This document shows positions 18,929 through 29,293 of a stretch of DNA of 52,390 nucleotides, in pieces. Each line of letters opens with the position of its first letter. Position 1 is the stretch's first letter. The position numbers were made by a program, and so were the translations under genes. Source of the DNA: Candidatus Poseidoniaceae archaeon. Its GTDB lineage: Archaea > Thermoplasmatota > Poseidoniia > Poseidoniales > Poseidoniaceae. The DNA lies in assembly GCA_049623485.1 (NCBI GenBank), contig JBMZTB010000004.1:1-52390 (forward strand), read 5' to 3'. The notes beneath the pieces were generated by a model. The model searched no databases and had not been told where the DNA came from. It saw nothing but the letters and a program-made list of their open reading frames with translations.

Positions 18929-20356
18929 ATGACGCTTGATGAACATCATAAAAAAATAAAGTCATCAGGAAAGGTTCTCCTACTCCTCGCCCTAATGTTG
19001 TGGTTCTATCGTAATAATTTACAATCTGTAAATTTCTTCATTGTGTTGATTCTTCTCATTCGAGGAAGCATCAATCTGTTGTGTAGAACTTCAGTGTTTA
19101 CGAAAAAAGAAGTGGATGTATCGGTTCCAAGTTTCAAACGGAAGGCAAAAATATTTTCCACAATGGTTCTGTTTTTTGTCATCATAATCCTTCTTTCAGC
19201 AACTGCTTTCCTCAACCTTTCACCGCAAGTGGGAGGCGATCCTGGATCGTATGATTCGCCAAATTATTATGATGGGAAATTCAATAATTTAAACGAAACA
19301 AGTGTTTCAACCGGCTCCTTTTTTGGTACACTTTTGGACTACATGGTCGGTGATGATGACCGTGATCCAAATGTTGTTTTACCAACAAAAAAGTTCCAAA
19401 ATATGTCTTTGAACGAATCGGATGTGAGCATTACTTGGTTTGGACATTCAACCATTCTCATTCAGTCGCATAACACAACGATTCTGATGGACCCCATCCT
19501 TGGTGATGGGGAACTGGATCCTCTTATTTTCGGTCCTTCCCCTTTTGCATATCAGCACACATATGGCATCGAAGATTTACCTCAAGTTGATTATGTATTC
19601 ATTTCACACGATCACTATGATCATCTGGACATGGGGACAATTCAATCTCTTACAGGAGCAGAGTTCTTCGTACCACTCGGTGTTAAATCTCATTTGACAA
19701 CATGGGACATTCCATCAGAGAATGTCATTGAATTCGACTGGTACGATGAGTACAATGTAACTTCTGAATTCTTCATTGCACTTACACCATCGCAACATTT
19801 CAGCGGTCGTGGACTTTCAGGTGACAACACACTATGGGGATCTTGGGTTTTGGATTTCAATGGCCATAAGATATTCTTCAGTGGAGACAGTGGCTATTCA
19901 GAGGAATATGTAGAGATTGGCGATAAGTACGGTCCATTCGATATTGCTATCATCGAAGCTGGACAATACAACGAGGCGTGGTCAAGCATCCACATGTTTC
20001 CCGAACAATCTGTTCAAGCATCAATTGACCTCAATGCATCAACCATCCTTCCAATTCATAACACCAAATATGTTCTCGCTCTCCACAAATGGGACGCTCC
20101 TCTTGAACGTGTTACCGCTGCAGGCGAACTCTTGAATCAAACAGTTTCAACTCCGTACATTGGAGAATCGTTTGTGCTCGGTGGAGAAAACCCAGATTAT
20201 CGGTGGTGGAGAGATGTAGAAATTCCATCCCCTCCGTGGCTTAAGGAGAGTGTTTTTGTCGGCTTTTTGATACCACTTGCTCTGATTTCGAGTTTGATGA
20301 TGATCAATTTACAGCATCTCGTTTCAAAAAACCCTCTCTCCAAAGAAGAAGAATAA
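18929..20356 (+). CDS. Membrane-anchored MBL-fold metallo-hydrolase (RomA/NAPE-PLD-like)
   Basis: TWFGHST, SHDHYDHLD, QHFSGR, FSGDSGY, HMFPE and PIH motifs. TM segments at both ends. Confidence 0.88.
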   Translation: MTLDEHHKKIKSSGKVLLLLALMLWFYRNNLQSVNFFIVLILLIRGSINLLCRTSVFTKKEVDVSVPSFKRKAKIFSTMVLFFVIIILLSATAFLNLSPQVGGDPGSYDSPNYYDGKFNNLNETSVSTGSFFGTLLDYMVGDDDRDPNVVLPTKKFQNMSLNESDVSITWFGHSTILIQSHNTTILMDPILGDGELDPLIFGPSPFAYQHTYGIEDLPQVDYVFISHDHYDHLDMGTIQSLTGAEFFVPLGVKSHLTTWDIPSENVIEFDWYDEYNVTSEFFIALTPSQHFSGRGLSGDNTLWGSWVLDFNGHKIFFSGDSGYSEEYVEIGDKYGPFDIAIIEAGQYNEAWSSIHMFPEQSVQASIDLNASTILPIHNTKYVLALHKWDAPLERVTAAGELLNQTVSTPYIGESFVLGGENPDYRWWRDVEIPSPPWLKESVFVGFLIPLALISSLMMINLQHLVSKNPLSKEEE

Positions 20357-20440
20357 ATTCAAAGATGTATCCCGGTGCAACACCAGTGAAGGTATTCATA
20401 CTACGAACGGAAGGGAAACCCAAGGGGGCATCTTAATTCA
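20356..20440. other. 73-bp element with terminal inverted repeats, flanked by 6-bp direct repeats (MITE-like or structured RNA)
   Basis: AATTCA (20356-61) + AAGATG...CATCTT (20362-20434) + AATTCA (20435-40), with short internal hairpins. Confidence 0.4.
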
Positions 20441-20453
20441 AAACAAAAATCGT

Positions 20454-22607
20454 GTGATTTGTGTTGTGTTTTGTTTCCTTTTGCTCACAAGCCTGTTCGT
20501 CTCCAGTGCGTCTGGACAGGTCGTAGACGCCACCCAACCAACTCCTGAAAATGACACAATGTATCTCTGGGGAGATGCATCTCTTGCAAACGGGAATTGC
20601 TTCACTCATTTTTCTTCAGATGAAACAACAGATGTTGGGTTTGGTGAATTTGATGAGACAGAAAACATCGATTTTTCCTGCTCGTTGAGCAACCCTCTAT
20701 CAGAAGAATTGTTTCTTGATCCTGAAGGCAGTATTGCTTTGAGTCTCGGTTTTTTCATACAATCAACAGAGAATAGTGGAGACGATCTTGTTCTTTCTTT
20801 TCTAAAGGATTCAGAAGTTCTCGCTCAAAAGGAATTTGTTATCCCAACTTACGAAGATGAGCAAATAAACTGGAATATCCAAATAACTGAGAATATGTCC
20901 TATTGGGAAGAAGGAACTCTTCCTGTCTTACAGGTCCAATTCAACAAACCTGGGCCAACAACACTCGAATGTCTCGATCCGGCCAAACTCATAGCAGGAT
21001 GTGATCCAAAATTCCGAATGTATTACTCGGACAACACTGCCAGTTTGACTGTAGAGGGACAATTCCCCATTCTAAATGCCTCAGACCCCGGTGCACTGAA
21101 TCCAAACCAACCAGTCGATGACAGCGAAGCAACAGCACTCTCTGTGGGTGAAGGGGAAATCTCGATTCTATTGTTTTCACCTTGGTTCATTGGAATCATC
21201 TTGTTTGTTGGCTTCATTACGATGAGAAGCGAACGTTTCCAATTAGGAGTTGTTCTTGAAGAAGAATCTGAAGAAATCGAATATGTTGAAGAATTATCCG
21301 AAGGAAAAACCTTGGAAGATAGTTACAGCGCACGAGTGCTAACATTGTGTGCTCTGTACGTGGCCCAAGGAATTCCCTGGGGCTTCATCACTGTCACATT
21401 CGTTACCTTCCTTGCTGGTGAAGGCGTAGGTGCTGGAGAATTAGCGTTACTGCTTACGCTGGGGACGCTCCCATGGTCACTGAAATTCCTTTGGGGGCCA
21501 GTCATTGACCGATTCCAATATCCAAAAATGGGAAGGAGAAGACCGTGGGTGCTCATAGCCCAACTTGGAATGATCATCTCTCTTTCTGCAATGCTTTTCA
21601 TTCCTGACCCAACGAGTAATTTGAAAGTTATCGCAACGATGTTTTTGATTTACAATATCTTCACATCTCTTCAAGACGTAAGTACAGATGCTCTCGCAGT
21701 CGATGTACTCAAGCCCCATGAACTTGAAAAGGTCAACAGTTACATGTTCACGGCAAAAGCGGTTGGAGGCATCATTGGAGGCGCAGGATTAGGGACAATT
21801 ATTGGCTTTGTAGGGATAAAAGGAGCTATATTCCTGCAAATTCCGATCCTTGTCATCATTATGCTTGTACCGTTGTTTATGACAGAACGGCCTGGGGAGA
21901 AACGATTCCCGTGGAGCGAAGATCCGGATGTGCAACTACGGGAAGAGATTGAAGAAAAGAGAGATATCAAGGATATCTTTTCCGATGTGAAAACCGCCTT
22001 TTCACTGCGCTCAGCACAGTTGGGAATTGGGCTCAGTCTTGTTATGTCTCTTTCCTTCTTCCTAATTCCAGTTTTACCACTTTTGTTTGTTCGAGAATTA
22101 GGATGGTCTGAAGAACAATTCAATGCCACAAAAGGTGGACTAATTTTGGTAGTCACAATGATAGGTTACATGATTGGAGGACAGTTAGGAAAACGATTTG
22201 GAGGAAAACTCATCATCATCTATTCTGCACTTGCAGCCGCCATTCTAAATTTGATATGGGGCTTAACTGAACCATTATGGGGGAGTGAGTTGTTCATGAT
22301 GTCAATATGGTGCCTCCATACAATCGCTTGGGCTATGGTGGCAATCAACACGTACTCGCTGATGATGAAAGTAACGTGGGGGAAGGTTGGAGGCACCCAG
22401 TTTACAGGGTACATGGCTATGATGAATCTTTCAGCAATTATCGGCTATCAACTAACGGATCCATTTGCGACCCGATTCGATTATCCTACGTTGTTTCTCC
22501 TTGCAGGATTGCTTGAGACATTCGTCATTCTCGTAGCGGTGATGGTCGATCCAGATGAGACCAATCGCTTGTTGCCAAATAATCAGTTGCCGCAACCGCA
22601 GCCGTGA
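20454..22607 (+). CDS. AmpG-like MFS transporter fused to an N-terminal extracellular domain
   Basis: LYVAQGIPWG, PWSLKFLWGPVIDR, GRRRPW, QDVSTDALAVD and GTQFTGYMA motifs. A signal peptide, ~190-aa acidic domain and one TM helix precede the MFS core. Confidence 0.88.
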   Translation: MICVVFCFLLLTSLFVSSASGQVVDATQPTPENDTMYLWGDASLANGNCFTHFSSDETTDVGFGEFDETENIDFSCSLSNPLSEELFLDPEGSIALSLGFFIQSTENSGDDLVLSFLKDSEVLAQKEFVIPTYEDEQINWNIQITENMSYWEEGTLPVLQVQFNKPGPTTLECLDPAKLIAGCDPKFRMYYSDNTASLTVEGQFPILNASDPGALNPNQPVDDSEATALSVGEGEISILLFSPWFIGIILFVGFITMRSERFQLGVVLEEESEEIEYVEELSEGKTLEDSYSARVLTLCALYVAQGIPWGFITVTFVTFLAGEGVGAGELALLLTLGTLPWSLKFLWGPVIDRFQYPKMGRRRPWVLIAQLGMIISLSAMLFIPDPTSNLKVIATMFLIYNIFTSLQDVSTDALAVDVLKPHELEKVNSYMFTAKAVGGIIGGAGLGTIIGFVGIKGAIFLQIPILVIIMLVPLFMTERPGEKRFPWSEDPDVQLREEIEEKRDIKDIFSDVKTAFSLRSAQLGIGLSLVMSLSFFLIPVLPLLFVRELGWSEEQFNATKGGLILVVTMIGYMIGGQLGKRFGGKLIIIYSALAAAILNLIWGLTEPLWGSELFMMSIWCLHTIAWAMVAINTYSLMMKVTWGKVGGTQFTGYMAMMNLSAIIGYQLTDPFATRFDYPTLFLLAGLLETFVILVAVMVDPDETNRLLPNNQLPQPQP

Positions 22608-22729
22608 GTTTGACAAGAGGCATCAGCAACCTCTTCTTTTGGTTGTTCTACAACCTTCTTCTTTGGCTTACGACGGAAAATATTGGAAACTCGAACTTTG
22701 CGTTGATTCTGGGATGTACGTCGGTTCAT
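22583..22729 (-). CDS. 48-aa basic microprotein with C-terminal CQTHGCGCGN motif
   Basis: Manual translation: MNRRTSQNQRKVRVSNIFRRKPKKKVVEQPKEEVADASCQTHGCGCGN. TTTATTTAT box 24 nt upstream of the ATG. Confidence 0.55.
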   Translation of the reverse strand: MNRRTSQNQRKVRVSNIFRRKPKKKVVEQPKEEVADASCQTHGCGCGN

Positions 22730-22859
22730 GAACTTCCCAGGAATGCTTCGTTGATAAATAAATCTCGTAATGATTTTATTTTCATTTGACTTTTTGGAGT
22801 GTTCTTATCGACGAAAATAGGCCTTTTTCTCGAATTAAGATAACATTTTGATGATATAG

Positions 22860-22875
22860 TTTACAGTATTGTAAA
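22860..22875. promoter_or_regulatory. Palindromic candidate operator TTTACA-N4-TGTAAA upstream of katG
   Basis: Perfect 6-bp inverted repeat in an AT-rich divergent intergenic region, ~30 bp before the TATA-like TTCATATAAG. Confidence 0.35.
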
Positions 22876-22926
22876 TGTTGTTCTAGAATGCGCTTAAGTA
22901 CATGTTCATATAAGTGATTTAACTAG

Positions 22927-25098
<2,172 letters not shown>

Positions 25099-25138
25099 AC
25101 TACGAAACGGATATACGTCGGATATTATTGGCCTTCAT

Positions 25139-25606
25139 ATGGTCAATATTGGAGATACCGCGCCCGCCTTCACCCTGAAGAACACCCAGAAGTCTGATGT
25201 CAGTCTTTCTGACTACGCTGGAAAAACAGTCATTCTCGCATTCTATCCGGGTGCGTTCACTGGTGTTTGTGACAAAGAGATGTGCGCTTTTCAAGACAAT
25301 CTCGACAACCTCAACAGTTCTGATGCAACCGTTCTGGGAATCAGTGTAGACTCTCCTTGGGCAAACGCTGAGTTCGCTCGAAAGTACAACCTTGATTTTA
25401 CACTCCTCTCTGACCTTGATCGAGATGTTGTGAAAGCATATGATGCTGCATTTGTTGGCCTCGGAGGAATTGAAGGCTACGTGTGTGCCAACAGAGTTGT
25501 CATCGTTATCGACAAGAACGGTGTTGTCCAACATCGTTGGGTTGCTGAAAATCCTGGCGTTGAGCCAGATTATGATGCAGTTGTTGCCCTCGCAGCCTCA
25601 TTGTGA
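25139..25606 (+). CDS. Peroxiredoxin (AhpC/TSA family, AhpE/BCP-like)
   Basis: FYPGAFTGVCDKEMC peroxidatic motif, GISVDS and LLSD. Confidence 0.92.
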   Translation: MVNIGDTAPAFTLKNTQKSDVSLSDYAGKTVILAFYPGAFTGVCDKEMCAFQDNLDNLNSSDATVLGISVDSPWANAEFARKYNLDFTLLSDLDRDVVKAYDAAFVGLGGIEGYVCANRVVIVIDKNGVVQHRWVAENPGVEPDYDAVVALAASL

Positions 25607-25617
25607 ACGGCTAAACT

Positions 25618-26031
25618 TCACTCACCATACAGAACAGGTTTGTCTGCATCTTTCCAACCGTTGATGCCTGATGCAAGTTCGATGATATTGGTATAACCTA
25701 AATCGAGAAGTGTCTGAGCCGCGTCTTGTGAACGATTCCCACTTCTACAATACAAGAGAATTAGCTCTTCCTTATCTCCAGGCAATTCATCCGAGCGATC
25801 GTCTAAGTCGGAGTGTGGGATGAGAACTGCATTTTCTAAATGACCATCTTGTTCCCATTCTGCCGTGGTTCGTACATCGAGAAGAAGTGCGTCTGGATTG
25901 TCCATGATTGATTGTTCAAAAGTTTCGACATTGACACGTTGCCAGTTTGTGTCCGTCGTATTGAAGAAGGCCAGAAAGATGATTGCAATAATCACCGTCA
26001 CCGTTAATCTTCGGAACACATTATTGAGCAT
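25618..26031 (-). CDS. Membrane-anchored rhodanese-domain protein
   Basis: LLDVRT..EW..GHL, YCRSGNRS active loop and GINGW. N-terminal TM helix. Confidence 0.9.
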   Translation of the reverse strand: MLNNVFRRLTVTVIIAIIFLAFFNTTDTNWQRVNVETFEQSIMDNPDALLLDVRTTAEWEQDGHLENAVLIPHSDLDDRSDELPGDKEELILLYCRSGNRSQDAAQTLLDLGYTNIIELASGINGWKDADKPVLYGE

Positions 26032-26065
26032 GATTCACCCTGCAAGAAACCGTTTTCAAACGTTA

Positions 26066-28450
26066 TTATCGTTCATGTCTTGCAACAACTTCGAGTAAAT
26101 TCATTCTCCCAATTCGTAAGATGCCTACAGGAGTCGTCAATAATGCCGCAACAAGGACGAAGCCTATGATTTGCAAGAAGACTATCGAATCGATGATCAC
26201 AGGGATATGGAAAGCCCATGTTGAGAAAGCATTGGACATTCCCGCATAATATGCAATGCTTGCCAGCGCTCCAGCAATTCCACCGACCAATCCAATGAAC
26301 GTATGCTCGACTGTAAGAATCACTGCCAATCGTGTCCGGCTTGCGCCTAAGACTCTCAAGGTTGCAAGTTCTGAATCTCGTTCACTGAGATTGATCAAGA
26401 GTGTATTGAACAAAATTGCAATCGCCATGATCCCACCGAGAACATATACAGCCTGCATTGCATTCTTTTGTTGTTCGATCAGTTCATTGAATCCTTCGAC
26501 CATAGCGTCCTTTTCAATGATTGAAATCGTTGAGAATCGAACGTCTTCGATGTTACCCTGTTGTGAAAGAACAACCAATGCTCCATTTGCTTCATCATCA
26601 ACAATCTGCGAAAGATCTGCTCGATGGAAATAAACTGAACGAGTAAGTTCTCGAGCAATCCCTACAACCTTGAGATCATGTTCCTCTCCCTCAAAATCGA
26701 TGGTCATCGTATCTCCAATAGAATAAGATTCAAGTTCAGCAGATCCTTCATCCAGAATCACTTCTGGTACGAATTGTCCTTGTACAGGAATCCGACCTTC
26801 AAGGAGATTAAATCGATGCATTGCATCATCACTTTCTGTAAGAACATCGTATCCCTTGAGGGACAAAATCTTATTTGAACCAAATAATGTTGCTTGACTT
26901 GTTAACGTGAGTTCGAACGAAAGAGTCTCATTCTGTGCCCATTGAGTGATGTTGTCGATGCTTGAGGGATAGGCCGCAATTTGGTATTCCCAATTTTCTT
27001 GTTCGTCTACTGCCTCATTGAATGCGCCTGTAAAACCTGAGATGAACATCATCGTTCCACCAAGAATTACCATTGCCATGGAAAGAGCGAGAAGGGTAAC
27101 GACGAGACGTGCTGGTTTTCTGAAGGTTGAACGAAGTCCCAAACCGATTCCAGGAGGGAGCTTTGAGGTGAGAGAAGAGATGATCTTGTTTGGTGTACGT
27201 TGTGTTCCTTGCCCTAGGATTTCCAAGGGTTGCAATTTTGCGGCCTTCCAAGCAGGGCGAATTCCAAAGAGGAAAATAATTCCAAGTGCAGAGAAACTGA
27301 TGGTTAGGATGATGTCTGAGTAATGATGTGTTTCCACCACAGGAATTCCAAGGAAAGAGAAGTAAAAGGCTGTGAATGCTTCAGAACCAATTGACGATAC
27401 TCCGAGTAGAACTCCTATGAGAACTCCCGGAATTCCCAGTACGAGAGGAATCAAAAGATATCCAAACATGATGTCTTTTGTTGAGGCTCCTATTGTTCTT
27501 AGCACAGCAATTTCACGAGCTTGTGTTCGGATCAATCGATCAAGAGATACGGCAATGACGAGTCCGCTGATGAAGAGAAGAACTCCCAAAATAAACGGCG
27601 TTGAATTTTCTATTCCTTCTTTATCCAATCGAAGAAGTTCTGCACTCAATTCACCACGATCAGCAACAGTGCCGTTGGTTTCTGCTTCAGTCATGAACAA
27701 TGAGATTTCATCTTTCAACACTTGAAGTGCTTCACCTTCATTTTTATCAGTATCAGATAAATCGAATTGCGGTGTTCCTTTGAGGTCAATGCCCAGTGTG
27801 TTTCGAGCATCTGGGGCGTTACCGGATATGGTTGCAAGATATTCCACATCTAAATAACCGACAACGAAGGTTGATGTTTGAGGCAGTATTGAACCAGGTT
27901 CAGCATAAAAGAGTTCGAGTGGACTGTTTGCGAATCCAACAACCTCAAGCGTTTGTGAGCCACCTTCTCCGACAATAATTTCAATAGAATCTCCAATCTC
28001 CATTTCGATGTCTTTATCTTGAGCATAATGAGCATCGATGACAATTTCACCAACGCCCGGTTCAATCGATCCTTCGATGGCCCAAATTGAATTGACAGTA
28101 CCATTTTCAAGTCCATAGAATGTCGAAATTATCCATTCTGGTTCAGTTGATTCAACCATCCTATTTGCTTGACCAGAGAGGACAAGACTTGTCTCACAGG
28201 CCTCGTTTTCAAAGGATTCACATATTGCTGAGAGATTATCGCGTGTATCTATTTCATAGGTTGTTACGATCAAGTCTGAGAAGTTTGTTTCATCATAAAA
28301 ATCATCGTAAACTTTGTCTGCATTTCGGGAATGCTCGGAAAAGACAATCCCTGCATAGACTGATAATGTGATGAGCAAAACAACTGTCAATACTCTCAAT
28401 TTTGTACGCATTAAACTGCGTGATAAACGACGAAGCAGCAGGGTATTCAC
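26066..28450 (-). CDS. ABC exporter permease, FtsX/MacB-like with two permease repeats
   Basis: REIAVLRTIGAS and ERDSELATLRVLGAS motifs. GTG start at 28450 with SD GGAGTGA. Confidence 0.9.
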   Translation of the reverse strand: MNTLLLRRLSRSLMRTKLRVLTVVLLITLSVYAGIVFSEHSRNADKVYDDFYDETNFSDLIVTTYEIDTRDNLSAICESFENEACETSLVLSGQANRMVESTEPEWIISTFYGLENGTVNSIWAIEGSIEPGVGEIVIDAHYAQDKDIEMEIGDSIEIIVGEGGSQTLEVVGFANSPLELFYAEPGSILPQTSTFVVGYLDVEYLATISGNAPDARNTLGIDLKGTPQFDLSDTDKNEGEALQVLKDEISLFMTEAETNGTVADRGELSAELLRLDKEGIENSTPFILGVLLFISGLVIAVSLDRLIRTQAREIAVLRTIGASTKDIMFGYLLIPLVLGIPGVLIGVLLGVSSIGSEAFTAFYFSFLGIPVVETHHYSDIILTISFSALGIIFLFGIRPAWKAAKLQPLEILGQGTQRTPNKIISSLTSKLPPGIGLGLRSTFRKPARLVVTLLALSMAMVILGGTMMFISGFTGAFNEAVDEQENWEYQIAAYPSSIDNITQWAQNETLSFELTLTSQATLFGSNKILSLKGYDVLTESDDAMHRFNLLEGRIPVQGQFVPEVILDEGSAELESYSIGDTMTIDFEGEEHDLKVVGIARELTRSVYFHRADLSQIVDDEANGALVVLSQQGNIEDVRFSTISIIEKDAMVEGFNELIEQQKNAMQAVYVLGGIMAIAILFNTLLINLSERDSELATLRVLGASRTRLAVILTVEHTFIGLVGGIAGALASIAYYAGMSNAFSTWAFHIPVIIDSIVFLQIIGFVLVAALLTTPVGILRIGRMNLLEVVARHER

Positions 28451-28454
28451 GCAA

Positions 28455-29249
28455 TCACTCCACGATTGATTTTGCAATGTCCTTTATTTTAGAACCAATT
28501 TTCTTTGCACCACCAACGGCTTCTTCCACAACTGATTCTGCAACGAACTTTGTTGTGTTGACGATGCTCTTCAATCCACCCTGCTCATCATCGACAACCT
28601 TTCCACTATCGAGTCGAATAATCCGAGTAGCAAACCGAGTTAATGACTGATCATGTGTGACGAAAATAGTCGTCATCTTTTCTTTCCTACAAGTCTTAAT
28701 CAGGGCTTCCATAACCATTGTCGAAGTTTCAGAATCGAGATTGCCTGTTAATTCATCTCCTAGAATCACTCGAGGACTTTTGGCAAGTGCTCGAGCAATT
28801 GCAACACGTTGTCGTTGCCCACCTGACATCTGAGAAGGGAATCTGTTTTCAAGACCTTCTAGGCCAACCGCTTCAAGTAAACTAAGAGCCTTTTTCTTAT
28901 CTCTTGAACCTGATAGATCTTGAACGAGAAGGACATTTTCAAGTGCGGTTAGATCTCCTAAAAGATTGAAAAATTGGAAGATGTATCCTATATTGTCTCT
29001 TCGAAATGTTGTCATTCTCTCAACGTGTCCAAGCGGAACTTCTTCCTCATCGAAGTGGTAAGTTCCATCCGTCGGAACATCAAGAGCTGCAATCGTGTTA
29101 AGCAGCGTGGTCTTTCCAGATCCCGATGGACCAAGTAGGGCAACAATCTCTCCTTGTTCAATACTGATCGACACATCATCCAATGCCTTGACAAGTGTTT
29201 CATCTTCACCGTAATGACGACTCAGTCCCTTAAGTTGTATAATGGCCAT
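28455..29249 (-). CDS. ABC transporter ATP-binding protein (LolD/MacB-like)
   Basis: GPSGSGKT Walker [16 protein letters not shown] signature, DELTGNLD and VTHD. Confidence 0.95.
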   Translation of the reverse strand: MAIIQLKGLSRHYGEDETLVKALDDVSISIEQGEIVALLGPSGSGKTTLLNTIAALDVPTDGTYHFDEEEVPLGHVERMTTFRRDNIGYIFQFFNLLGDLTALENVLLVQDLSGSRDKKKALSLLEAVGLEGLENRFPSQMSGGQRQRVAIARALAKSPRVILGDELTGNLDSETSTMVMEALIKTCRKEKMTTIFVTHDQSLTRFATRIIRLDSGKVVDDEQGGLKSIVNTTKFVAESVVEEAVGGAKKIGSKIKDIAKSIVE

Positions 29250-29293
29250 GTCTCCTCCTCGTGAAGGAGTTTTTTAGATGTTCTCAGGGAAGA

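Noticed and set aside
22604-22789. 61-aa plus-strand ORF after the MFS gene
   Set aside because: Probably the antisense shadow of the minus-strand 48-aa ORF, which has a well-placed TATA-like box and a more protein-like motif. Not fully excluded.
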